64,000 nucleotides of DNA from Bacteriovoracaceae bacterium (GTDB taxonomy: Bacteria; Bdellovibrionota; Bacteriovoracia; Bacteriovoracales; Bacteriovoracaceae). The stretch spans positions 157,427 to 221,426 of the forward strand of contig CAXRIU010000021.1 in NCBI GenBank assembly GCA_964231135.1, read 5' to 3'. Under the pieces are notes generated by a model. That model saw nothing but the letters and a program-made list of their open reading frames with translations, was not told where the DNA came from and did not search any database. How positions within the stretch are numbered: the stretch's first letter is position 1; every line of letters begins with the position of its first letter. Shown here one piece after another: positions 26,881 to 38,134 of the stretch. The position numbers and the translations under genes are program-made.

Positions 26881-27606
26881 ATGGATTTAGATGATTTGCA
26901 AATCGTTGTGATAGAGGACCTGAAAGACTTTTGGGATGACCAAGATATTAGAAGTCTCTATGGGGACCTAATGAAAATTAAATTCGATGGTTATGGTCAG
27001 GTTTATGGCGATAATGTCGTCTCTGCAGATAGGATTGATTTTTTTGGAACTCACCTGATAATTTGTAAAAAGGGTCTAAGACTTAAACCATTAGTCGGCT
27101 ATAAGTCGGTGACACTTAGTAAGTGTGAAGCGTTTAACTGTATATTACCTGCGATTCCTTTAATCAAAAACGATGGAAGTAAAGAATGTTATCAAAGCTT
27201 GATGCGATTGATTGAATCGGCTAAACATAACGGAGAAGAGCTTTCATTTGATTACTCCTGGGCACAAGACCCTAGTCTTAAAGCACTAAACAGCTCTGAA
27301 CTTTTTCGAGACTTAATAATGAGTATGGGAGTTAATCACCACCTTGAAAAAAAGATTACTCATATGATTACTTGTGGGGCGGTAAGAGTAAAAACGGATT
27401 TGTTTTTTGAAAAGATGGGACTTCAAAAAGTCTCTAACTCTGCGGAGTTCTCACAAAAAGATCTCAATGGTGACAAGGCTTATCTCTTTCATACCCAGCA
27501 GTTTTCTGAATACGGTCTAAGTGTGGCCGCAAAATACAAAACTCTGTGGGATAGAAGGCTTCACTTTTCAAAAAAGCAAGGGGCACACTTAAAACTAGCT
27601 GCTTAG
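26881..27606 (+). CDS. Hypothetical protein with LuxI / N-acyl-amino-acid-synthase-like (GNAT-fold) sequence pattern
   Basis: Strong SD AGGAGGAG. By-eye similarity to V. fischeri LuxI as I recall it: IRSLYGDLMKIKF versus ILSLRYQVFKQRL, EELSFDYSWA versus VELSRFAV, KITHMITCGAVRVKTDLFFEKMGLQKV versus GITEYVTVTSTAIERFLKRIKV. Several catalytic LuxI residues are not evident. Confidence 0.35.
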   Translation: MDLDDLQIVVIEDLKDFWDDQDIRSLYGDLMKIKFDGYGQVYGDNVVSADRIDFFGTHLIICKKGLRLKPLVGYKSVTLSKCEAFNCILPAIPLIKNDGSKECYQSLMRLIESAKHNGEELSFDYSWAQDPSLKALNSSELFRDLIMSMGVNHHLEKKITHMITCGAVRVKTDLFFEKMGLQKVSNSAEFSQKDLNGDKAYLFHTQQFSEYGLSVAAKYKTLWDRRLHFSKKQGAHLKLAA

Positions 27607-27696
27607 ATTCTATATGGAATTGTGGGCGGAAGTTATTTAATAAGAACTTTCTTTTTTTTCAATTTGAGTTGAAAATAATTCTAGGAGTTATAAATC

Positions 27697-29055
27697 TTGG
27701 AAAAAATTCAACTTATTATCATGACGATGCTAGTTGTAATGATCGTAGCGTCTGTGGTGTCATTCTTAATATTTTGGTCCAAAAAAGATGAGAGTCTATA
27801 TAAAAAACTTTTAGTCTATTGGGGGTTTCAATTATTAAATATGGTGGTCCAAGGTGCCACTAAAGAAGCTTCACCGATATTGCTCGCGAGTGCTTGTTTA
27901 ATTTGGCCGGCATTAGCTCAAACAGTGGTTCTGATGTATCAAGACCTCTACGATATAAAAATCCCACGAAATCGAACAATCGCTTTGGCCACGGTAGGGG
28001 CCGCTATCGTTATGTACGGACTATATTTTGTGGGTATGCCTTTTGTTGTGTATTCTCATGCTCCAATTTTATTAGTTGCTGGTATGACATTTAGATACAG
28101 TTGGAGTGCTTTTCAAAATATATCTTCTAATAGAGTAGGTCGCTTTTTAGATTATGTTTTTCTATTCTGTAATATTCTTTATATTCTTCAGACGATGACT
28201 TATCCTTTTAGCCGACTCGATCCTAGCAAAGCAGAGCTTGGTCTATTCATGCATTTGAGCTTTGCTGTTAGTTTTGCCATCTTTTTACCTGCAGTGATCC
28301 TTAAAAGAGTTGAGTGGCTTCATCACCGAGAACTAAGGCACAAAGTTGAAGTTCAATCTTCAGCTTTAATCAATGAAACCAAGAGTAGTTCTCTTGGTGT
28401 TTTTAGTGCAGAGATTGCTCATCAAGTAAATAATCCTCTTACAGTCGCTCTAGGAAAAATTAGGCTAGAAAGAAAACACTCTGACAGTAAAAACTTAGAA
28501 GATTCTTTCAATGCGATCTTAAAAGCTTCAAACGTTTTGCATGCAATTAAGTCTCTATCGGCTAGCTTAGAAAATGAACCTAATAGAACTGATTTAACCG
28601 AAGTCCTTAATACATTTAACGAGTCTGTCGAATTCGCACTTGAGGGTAAAAGAATTAGATTTAGAAAATCCTGGCAAACCACTCCTTGTTATGTTCATTG
28701 CCCAAGATCTGTTTTAGTCCAAGTTCTTTTGAGCCTATATAATAATGCTGTAAAAGCCCTTGAGGAGTCTAGTTGTGAAGATAGGTATCTTGAAATAAAA
28801 GTTGATTATAGTCCTTACCGAGTGGTGATGAGTTTTATCGACTCGGCCGCAAGTATTAGTGATGAACAAAAGGCAAGTTTGTTTTTACCCTTTAGGATTG
28901 AAGATAAAAAAACCGCGGCAAAGGGGATCTCTCTGCCAACGGTTAAATTATCTCTTAAACAATTTGGTGGTGATATCAAATTAGTTCAAAACAAAGGCGT
29001 TACTCGTTTTGATTGCTCGCTTGATCCTGTAATTGATAGATATTCACATGCTTAA
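27697..29055 (+). CDS. Polytopic (about 7 TM) sensor histidine kinase, no adjacent response regulator
   Basis: TTG start 10 nt after AGGAG. H-box FSAEIAHQVNNPLTV, N-box LLSLYNNAVKAL, C-terminal GISLPTVKLSLKQFGGDIKL. Confidence 0.85.
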   Translation: MEKIQLIIMTMLVVMIVASVVSFLIFWSKKDESLYKKLLVYWGFQLLNMVVQGATKEASPILLASACLIWPALAQTVVLMYQDLYDIKIPRNRTIALATVGAAIVMYGLYFVGMPFVVYSHAPILLVAGMTFRYSWSAFQNISSNRVGRFLDYVFLFCNILYILQTMTYPFSRLDPSKAELGLFMHLSFAVSFAIFLPAVILKRVEWLHHRELRHKVEVQSSALINETKSSSLGVFSAEIAHQVNNPLTVALGKIRLERKHSDSKNLEDSFNAILKASNVLHAIKSLSASLENEPNRTDLTEVLNTFNESVEFALEGKRIRFRKSWQTTPCYVHCPRSVLVQVLLSLYNNAVKALEESSCEDRYLEIKVDYSPYRVVMSFIDSAASISDEQKASLFLPFRIEDKKTAAKGISLPTVKLSLKQFGGDIKLVQNKGVTRFDCSLDPVIDRYSHA

Positions 29056-29881
29056 CATTTACCTCAAAGCTGTAGGCTGCGTGCTCGCAATCGCCATTGT
29101 CATTATCGCCTGTAGTGACAAAACTAAAGTCGATATTTGTTTCTAGGTTTTCACTGACTATATTTTCAGACAATAAACCCAGCTTTACGATTTCTTCTTT
29201 TGGAATTTCAAGCTTCATTTGACCGTAGGTCTCTGTGGGAGGAATATTACATTTTTGTGCAAAATCAGGATCAGAAGAATCAACTCCTAGACAATATTGA
29301 GGAGTGTAGTTCCATATGTATACGAGCCCTAATAATCCATTTTCTCCTGACCAGTCATACTCTTGTAAACCTATGGCGTTTTGAGTAAACCCATTAGGAT
29401 GCTTGTCTGACTGAGAGTAATTTTGTGAGGACATAACCACATAATTATTAACCAGTAGAAAAATCTCGTCATCATACTGCATGTCTTGTTCAGGAAAATT
29501 GAAGTCCATATCACAGATAGTCGTTCCCGCCGGTAAATTTATACGATAATCTTGTTTTATTCTCGCGGTAATCAGGGCATCAATTCGAGGTCCATTTCCA
29601 GCATCATTGACTTCACTTATTACACTTCCGTGCTCATTGAAGTCGCATTCAATAGCAGCGGGAAAATCAACAATAAATGTCGTCGACTCCAGATCATTTT
29701 CTTCTTCTGCAACAGCGCAATTATATTGAGCAATTTCTAAATCTGTTTCGAGATCACCAGTGGGGTTATTGCGATTGTATTCGTCTTGAAAAGTTTCAAT
29801 AAAGTCTTTTTCATAGAACTCATCTTCATTACAAGAGGCAAGTAGCAGACAACTCGTCATCACTAAAGATAATAGCTTCAT
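29000..29881 (-). CDS. Hypothetical lipoprotein
   Basis: MKLLSLVMTSCLLLASC (lipobox LASC), 293 aa. Its 3' end overlaps the kinase 3' end by 56 bp, in convergent orientation. Confidence 0.65.
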   Translation of the reverse strand: MKLLSLVMTSCLLLASCNEDEFYEKDFIETFQDEYNRNNPTGDLETDLEIAQYNCAVAEEENDLESTTFIVDFPAAIECDFNEHGSVISEVNDAGNGPRIDALITARIKQDYRINLPAGTTICDMDFNFPEQDMQYDDEIFLLVNNYVVMSSQNYSQSDKHPNGFTQNAIGLQEYDWSGENGLLGLVYIWNYTPQYCLGVDSSDPDFAQKCNIPPTETYGQMKLEIPKEEIVKLGLLSENIVSENLETNIDFSFVTTGDNDNGDCEHAAYSFEVNVKHVNIYQLQDQASNQNE

Positions 29882-29984
29882 AGGAATATCGTTTTTTCGA
29901 GAGCTCTTTATGTGATCTGCAACTAACGTCCAACTTGAATAACACGTACCACGTCAAAAAAGAGTGTTTCCATTATTTTAGATT

Positions 29985-30012
29985 CTATCGGAATAAGTAC
30001 AAGATTGTTTTA
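29985..30012 (-). promoter_or_regulatory. sigma-28-like promoter for the 29000..29881 lipoprotein gene
   Basis: Minus strand reads TAAAACAA-N12-TCCGATAG, about 100 nt upstream of ATG 29881. Confidence 0.35.
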
Positions 30013-30132
30013 GTCGGAAATAAGTTGTTAGTTCAAGATTTCGGGTGTTTAGCGGATATAATAAGGTAAATTTAAGGAAAATAAATTCATGATTGGTGGA
30101 CTCTAAAATTTATTTATGCCAAAAGTTCTGGC

Positions 30133-30813
30133 ATGAAGTTCGTTATAATCTTTTGTTTTTTCATTTTTTCAGTTCAAGCTCAAGATGAACGCTATTATTT
30201 TCCAATAGATAAGAAAACGACTTCTACCGTAACTAGTGAAAGCTTTCACCGGGTATTTTTCACTATTATTTCCCTTTATTCAAAGGAGATAAGCCGACTT
30301 GATTTACCCCTTGCTTTGGAACCTGAATGGGAGAATCCATATATTACCGCTTATACGGCGCGCTTGAGTGATCGTATTAGGCTCGGGTTTTGGGGAGGAA
30401 TGGCTCGGATAGATGGAATGAATAATCAAGCGGTTGCACTTATTACTTGTCACGAATTAGGCCATCTTTTTGGTGGAGCTCCTTTTATCGCAATCGATCA
30501 TGAACAATATAAAGATATATCCGCTGAAGGACAGGCAGACTATTTTGCAAGCTCTGAGTGTCTTCCTCGCTATTATGAATTCCTAAATATCGAAGATAAA
30601 GAACATGAATTATATATGGCCTTAAGCGGCTTCATAAATGCTCTTAGGTTATTGAAGCCCCATAGGGGAGAAGTCAATTTACTGAGCTTATCAAATGAAG
30701 TGACTGAAGAGACTTTATACAATAGTTATCCTAGTAACCAATGCCGCATTGATACCTATAAAGCAGGACTAAGTAATGAACCTAGACCTGCCTGCTGGTA
30801 CTTGGGAGATTAA
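30133..30813 (+). CDS. Small secreted HExxH zinc-metallopeptidase-like protein
   Basis: Signal peptide MKFVIIFCFFIFSVQAQ and ITCHELGHLFGG. Confidence 0.65.
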   Translation: MKFVIIFCFFIFSVQAQDERYYFPIDKKTTSTVTSESFHRVFFTIISLYSKEISRLDLPLALEPEWENPYITAYTARLSDRIRLGFWGGMARIDGMNNQAVALITCHELGHLFGGAPFIAIDHEQYKDISAEGQADYFASSECLPRYYEFLNIEDKEHELYMALSGFINALRLLKPHRGEVNLLSLSNEVTEETLYNSYPSNQCRIDTYKAGLSNEPRPACWYLGD

Positions 30814-32282
30814 CTCGCAATTTTGTAATCATTTTCAAATTCATCTTCCTCATCCTGACCTGATTTTGATAGGGAGGAATTAATATAAGAGAGTCGCCTA
30901 GATTCTTGATCGAGATTCCCAATAAGAGTTTCAACTTCTTTTAAGTGGCTGAGTGATTCTCCTGAGGAGGTACTGATTGTACTTAGAGCCGCACTTAGTT
31001 CTTTAATCCCTTCGCTTTGAGATTGAGTTGCATCAAGAACTTCTTTTAGATAGTCTTTTTGAATAGAAGTGTTTTCGGATAATTTTTTAAACGAGCTATT
31101 GAGTTGGCTGTTTGTCTGGTTAAACACGTCGTAAGCCTCTTGGATCTCTGCTTTAAAGGCTGTAATCTGTTTTACAATATCTGTAATAGCGCTACTTAGA
31201 GACGATTTTGATGCAGTAACTATTTTTCCAATTTCATCAGAAGCTTGACCAGAATTATTGGCAAGAATACTGATCTCTTCAGCAACGACTGAAAAACCTT
31301 TTCCATGTTCTCCTGCTCTTGCTGCTTCTACCGAGGCATTGAAAGAGAGAAGTTTTGTTTGAAAAACAATATCATTGATTACAGAAGTCTTGTCGCTGAT
31401 ATTATTAACTGCAGTTTCAACAGAACGAAGATTTTGCTCAGAATGCAATTGAAGTTTATCCATACTCTTAGAAATATCCTCTAATTTTTGAAAAAATTCT
31501 TGAGATCTTTCAATCGCTTGGGAACTAATTCTCATTGACTCTTGGGTTTCTTCCATTAAGTTAAAGCTTTTTGTAATTTGATTTTTAGTGGAGTTAACCA
31601 TCTGATTAATTTCCTCTGAACTAGCAGAAATTTCAGTAATACTATTAGAGTTCGCATTGGAGTTGTTTAATAAAACGGTACATGATTGCATTGTATTCTT
31701 TGAGACGCTATCAATTTTGCCAACCAAAGGAGAGAGTTCTAGGCTTATTTTTTGTTGTAAATCGAGCGATGCCTTGAATTTATAGGCTAAAAAAGCACAG
31801 GCGATTGTTTCGAAAACGACAAAAAGAGCATGAATTGCGACAATCCCAAAACTTGCTTCGTAATTAAAAATACTCTCAGGAATCCAATACCAAAATGCCA
31901 AATGGTGAACTGCACCTGTGACAGCCGCAACAATTGTCGTTTTTGGGTTGGCCAGTAAGCTTAAAATTCCAATAGTAACAAATATATGAAAATGCCATTC
32001 AATCATACCTTTTCCTAAATGGATCATAATCCCAGACAAGGCAATTGATGAAAATCCCATCAATAGGGAGGCGACATTTTCATTTTTTAAAATCTTCCCC
32101 CAGAACATCTGTCCCGCAAATAACAATAGCGGGAAAATAACTGCAATCGACTTCTCTGTTCCAAAATAGTCAGCCATTGCCCAGAATACAGGTATATGAC
32201 CAAGGATTGCCCAGTTCATAAGTTTTAGAATTTGACTTTGATTTCTCTCAAAAACACCCATTTCTTCTTTACCTTTTTGCAT
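30810..32282 (-). CDS. Methyl-accepting chemotaxis protein with a His-rich polytopic N-terminal domain
   Basis: Signalling-domain core SFNASVEAARAGEHGKGFSVVAEEISILA. About 6 N-terminal TM helices with EWHFHIF, AVHHLAFWYW and AIHALF. No periplasmic ligand domain or HAMP recognised. Confidence 0.9.
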   Translation of the reverse strand: MQKGKEEMGVFERNQSQILKLMNWAILGHIPVFWAMADYFGTEKSIAVIFPLLLFAGQMFWGKILKNENVASLLMGFSSIALSGIMIHLGKGMIEWHFHIFVTIGILSLLANPKTTIVAAVTGAVHHLAFWYWIPESIFNYEASFGIVAIHALFVVFETIACAFLAYKFKASLDLQQKISLELSPLVGKIDSVSKNTMQSCTVLLNNSNANSNSITEISASSEEINQMVNSTKNQITKSFNLMEETQESMRISSQAIERSQEFFQKLEDISKSMDKLQLHSEQNLRSVETAVNNISDKTSVINDIVFQTKLLSFNASVEAARAGEHGKGFSVVAEEISILANNSGQASDEIGKIVTASKSSLSSAITDIVKQITAFKAEIQEAYDVFNQTNSQLNSSFKKLSENTSIQKDYLKEVLDATQSQSEGIKELSAALSTISTSSGESLSHLKEVETLIGNLDQESRRLSYINSSLSKSGQDEEDEFENDYKIAS

Positions 32283-32859
32283 ATTTTATTCCTAGAGGAT
32301 CTAGGAGTTGTTGATATTTTTTACTCACACTACAACCTTTAACAGGATAACTAGCGATAGCTTTTCTATTTTCCAAATCAGAAATGAATTTTGTGATGTC
32401 AATTTTTGAAAACGGAGTAATCGATTTTGAAGAATAGCCACCTAGGTACTGAATGGTATTTTCGCTATCATAAATGGCCAAAAGAGGAACACCTTTGAGT
32501 GCATTTTGATATTTACTTGCGAGTTCTTCTTTGGTTGTTTTCAAAACTGTATAACCGGCTTCTTTTAGTAAGGAGACGTAGTCCTTTTGATTGTCATCTA
32601 TAACAACTACAGTTTCTTTTATGTTAGAAATCGGCCTTCGGTTAAGTAGATGATCAAAAATAACAGTTGAACAGCTACACATTGGGGTGAGGAAATGAAC
32701 AGCTCCGTATGTTTGAGTTGGCGTAAATAGATTAGAAACATCAATTTTCGAATTTTCAGGAGCAAGGTCTACTTGGTGCCATGCATGAAACTGCGAAATC
32801 GCTCCAGATATTCCGACGATCCAAGCAAAAGTAATAAAATAGGCCAAAAAATTCTTCAT
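32269..32859 (-). CDS. Membrane-anchored thioredoxin-fold-like hypothetical protein
   Basis: The internal ATG at 32859 gives MKNFLAYFITFAWIVGISGAI (TM anchor). Contains a CSCS motif in HFLTPMCSCSTVIF. Overlaps the MCP start by 14 bp, so likely co-transcribed. Confidence 0.55.
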   Translation of the reverse strand: MKNFLAYFITFAWIVGISGAISQFHAWHQVDLAPENSKIDVSNLFTPTQTYGAVHFLTPMCSCSTVIFDHLLNRRPISNIKETVVVIDDNQKDYVSLLKEAGYTVLKTTKEELASKYQNALKGVPLLAIYDSENTIQYLGGYSSKSITPFSKIDITKFISDLENRKAIASYPVKGCSVSKKYQQLLDPLGIKYAKR

Positions 32860-33082
32860 AATATTCGTTTCGCCGTTGTAAGAAAATACTTTAATGGTCT
32901 GATTTGTAAGTTGTTGTATGGCCAAGACAAATGTTAGAAATAAATTTTTTTCTAACAATATACAGGAGCGCTCCACTCAGGCATGTGGAGCAGCAATCTC
33001 CAAAAAAGCGGGATAAATGACTTTGCAGCTTTGAATTAACAGATATAATTTTAGGGGTGAATTTCATATAAGGAGAGATTTC

Positions 33083-33703
33083 ATGAAACTAATTATTAAT
33101 TTGAGTTTGTTGTCGTTAATTGTTGCATGTAGTTCTAGAAAATTAGAAAGAGACTATAAAGTTGTTGATGCATCCTCACAAGAAATTCCTGAGTGGGTAG
33201 AAGATTTAGATGAGTGGCTTGATGATGAGGAAGAAGATTTCAAAAAACACCGTTACTATATTTACACAACAGAAGCTAAGAACTCACGTTCAACTGCTTG
33301 TGAAATTGCTAAGGCACGATCTGCTTCTAATGTTGCAGGGGAGGTCTCAACTTTTATTAAACAAAGTCTTGCTCAAAGCCGTCATGGTGACCCAACTAAA
33401 ACTAATGGTAAACTAGCAGAATATATTCAAGACGATCTTGCAAAAGAAGTTCAGGCTTTTATTGTTGGAGCTCAGAACTACAAAGTTTATTGGGAAAAAA
33501 GACGTTTTTTAAAAGAGCAGGGTGCTAAAAAAGATTGGGACGGATTTGTATGTACAAGTTTAGTTAAAATCTCAAAGAGTAACCTAAAGAAAGCTTTCAA
33601 GCGTTCAGAAGAAGCATTAGCTGCCAAAGTTGATGTAAAAGCCAAAGAACAAGTTCAAAAGATCATGCAGGAAGCTGCTGAAGCTTACACTAAAGTTCAA
33701 TAA
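33083..33703 (+). CDS. Hypothetical lipoprotein
   Basis: MKLIINLSLLSLIVACSS (lipobox VAC) with SD AAGGAGAG. Confidence 0.7.
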   Translation: MKLIINLSLLSLIVACSSRKLERDYKVVDASSQEIPEWVEDLDEWLDDEEEDFKKHRYYIYTTEAKNSRSTACEIAKARSASNVAGEVSTFIKQSLAQSRHGDPTKTNGKLAEYIQDDLAKEVQAFIVGAQNYKVYWEKRRFLKEQGAKKDWDGFVCTSLVKISKSNLKKAFKRSEEALAAKVDVKAKEQVQKIMQEAAEAYTKVQ

Positions 33704-33719
33704 TACTATAAGATCTGGC

Positions 33720-35732
<2,013 letters not shown>

Positions 35733-35781
35733 TCACGCTGTCCTTTATGCAAATTATTGTATATAAGTTTACACTATAGTT

Positions 35782-36567
35782 ATGGAAAAAAAATATCGTA
35801 ATTTATTAGATCTTCTTGAGCCATATGTGGTGTCGGCTCAGCCTGCCCAAAACTGGGTTGGCAAATCGTGCTTAGGACGAAAGCTTAATCAAGAGCATTT
35901 TTTTAACCCCTTATCCCTTAAATCACAGAGCTTTATTGAAAGAATCTATAAACTTGATGCTATTACTTTTGGAGATCAAGGTATGGGGATGGATAAATGG
36001 GTTTTCTTTGATTGCTCAGTTATGCCAGGCTTTGTTTTTGGCTACAGTATTAAAGGGGATAAGCTTAACGAGTCCGATCGTAAGAAGCTAGGTATTGGAA
36101 TAAACGATTATTTTCCTGTCTCCATGTATATTGCTATTCCTACTATGGAGAAAGGGGTTTGGTTTGGCCATAACTTGAGCTCACTTAACCGACATTTAAG
36201 TATAAGTCTTAGTGGACTTGGATTGTTAACGAAGTTAGCTGGACTCCAATTTTTTGGAATTGAGAAACTTAGGGGCGCCACTCAATGGTTTTCACCTGCT
36301 TTATTCATACACACAAAAATTTCTCGCTTAAAAATTTTAAGTGCCTATACTCCCATTCACTCCAAAGCTGAAACCTTATGTTATGAATGTGCTGTGCCTA
36401 AAAATTTAGATGCTTTAGAAAAATCATCAAAAAATTTAGAAGTAGAAGGCGAATTTCTTTTTAATACAAGAAAAGAAAATCTTATTAAGCTCCAACAGAA
36501 AATTGATCAAGGTGAAGAGTTTTCAATTTCACGTGTAAAAAGTTTGAACGAAATCTATTTGATCTGA
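35782..36567 (+). CDS. Hypothetical protein (possibly GNAT-like fold)
   Basis: 261-aa ORF with no diagnostic motif. Confidence 0.55.
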   Translation: MEKKYRNLLDLLEPYVVSAQPAQNWVGKSCLGRKLNQEHFFNPLSLKSQSFIERIYKLDAITFGDQGMGMDKWVFFDCSVMPGFVFGYSIKGDKLNESDRKKLGIGINDYFPVSMYIAIPTMEKGVWFGHNLSSLNRHLSISLSGLGLLTKLAGLQFFGIEKLRGATQWFSPALFIHTKISRLKILSAYTPIHSKAETLCYECAVPKNLDALEKSSKNLEVEGEFLFNTRKENLIKLQQKIDQGEEFSISRVKSLNEIYLI

Positions 36568-36764
36568 TCTATATTCGTAATGATAATTATTCGTCTGCAA
36601 CCAGGATTAGAGCAGCGAGAAATCTGTCTTTTAAAGTCTTTTGAAATGACATTGAGAGTGTTGCAGTGAGGACAATTGAACTCATAGAAGAGCAACAGAG
36701 GATTCGTTCTAGCCTCTGTTTCAAAAACAATTTCTTCATGTTGAGAATTCTTTTTAGCCTGCAT
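36555..36764 (-). CDS. Small zinc-ribbon hypothetical protein
   Basis: CPHC...N18...CSNPGC, a four-Cys ribbon in 69 aa. Confidence 0.4.
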   Translation of the reverse strand: MQAKKNSQHEEIVFETEARTNPLLLFYEFNCPHCNTLNVISKDFKRQISRCSNPGCRRIIIITNIDQIK

Positions 36765-36811
36765 GAGTAGGGCATTTCGGCGTTTGCTTTTGAATAATAA
36801 AGTTTGTTTAC

Positions 36812-36841
36812 AAAAAAGAACCGGCCAACTAAAGGCCGGTT
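36812..36841 (-). terminator. Rho-independent terminator after the Na/Pi cotransporter gene
   Basis: AACCGGCC-N7-GGCCGGTT, a perfect 8-bp GC-rich stem, followed on the minus strand by CTTTTTT. Confidence 0.75.
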
Positions 36842-36873
36842 ATGAGCGATTAAATTTCGCTTAAACTTTTGAG

Positions 36874-38025
36874 CTATAAGATAGTGAAAATGAAAGGAAT
36901 TAAGAAAAATACACCTATGATATACGCAATACCTGCCATTCTATTTTTGTAAGTTAATCTTGCTAATCCCTGACATAACCTTAAAGGTATTTCTCTTAGT
37001 TTTGGATTTACATACCAAATGATCATTCCAAAAAGGTTAAAAAGAAAGTGGACTAAAGCAATTGCAAGTCCATGAACATTACCCGTTAGCGAAGCGATAA
37101 GTGCAGTCGTTGTCGTTCCAATATTTGCACCAATCGTTACTGGTAAAATAGACCTTAAACTTAAAACGCCAGCTCCGGCCATTGGAACCAAAAGACTCGT
37201 CGTTATAGAACTTGACTGGACAGCAATCGTTAATAATGTTCCAAAGCCAATGGCCACATATCCATTTTTAGCTAATAAATTCTCTATGATTTCACTTTTA
37301 TTAGACTCAACTAATACCTTCATCGTTTTTACGATCATACTTAGTGCAAAAATAATTAGAGTTGCTGAAATTATTGCCATTACTATTCCTGCAGTACTTC
37401 CTGTAAGTGCAAGGGTATCAACTACAAAATGCTTAATACTAGCAGAGATTGGTTTGATGGCAGCTTTAAGTGGGGATTTGTAATTCATTGATGCCGAAGT
37501 CCCATAAAGAAGATTGGCCAAATAAACAGCAGACTTCTCTAAAAGGCCAGTCGCAAGTTCAAGTGGAAGCAACACCGCAACAGTTAAAATATTAAAAAAG
37601 TCGTGAATCGTAGCTGCAGCAAAAGCATCTCTAAAATGAGTTTGATTTTTTATATAACCCAAAGAAACAAGTGTATTGGTAACACTCGTCCCTAAGTTTG
37701 CTCCCATAATCATAGGGATAGCGCCAGCTAGGGGTAGTGCACCTGAGGCAACAAGTCCTACCACTAGAGAAGTTGTTACTGAGGAACTTTGAATTAAAAC
37801 AGTTGCGAACATGCCAGAGAAAAGGCCTAAAAGAGGGTTTGAAGTAACATTAAGAAGACCTTTTGCAAATCCACCTCCCATCATTTTAAAAGAGCCACCT
37901 AAGAGGTTAACTCCAACTAAAAATACAAATAGTAGAGAAATGACGGCCAAGGCCCTCAAGGCATAATCTAGTAATTCTGACTTTTCTTTTAGTGTACCGA
38001 CTTGCGACTCTGTGCGTGTGATCAT
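36874..38025 (-). CDS. Na+/phosphate cotransporter family protein (NaPi-II-like)
   Basis: Duplicated QSSS repeats (LIQSSSVTTSLVVGL and AVQSSSITTSLLVPM) and GANLGTS / GANIGTT. Confidence 0.85.
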   Translation of the reverse strand: MITRTESQVGTLKEKSELLDYALRALAVISLLFVFLVGVNLLGGSFKMMGGGFAKGLLNVTSNPLLGLFSGMFATVLIQSSSVTTSLVVGLVASGALPLAGAIPMIMGANLGTSVTNTLVSLGYIKNQTHFRDAFAAATIHDFFNILTVAVLLPLELATGLLEKSAVYLANLLYGTSASMNYKSPLKAAIKPISASIKHFVVDTLALTGSTAGIVMAIISATLIIFALSMIVKTMKVLVESNKSEIIENLLAKNGYVAIGFGTLLTIAVQSSSITTSLLVPMAGAGVLSLRSILPVTIGANIGTTTTALIASLTGNVHGLAIALVHFLFNLFGMIIWYVNPKLREIPLRLCQGLARLTYKNRMAGIAYIIGVFFLIPFIFTIL

Positions 38026-38134
38026 AAAATCTCCGAAATATATGATTAATTTCGAGCATTTCTATCAGATTTTATTTGGTTGATTGTTAGGGTTGAGTTA
38101 AGAATATATTTTAAGTTTTTAAGATTTATGGGTT

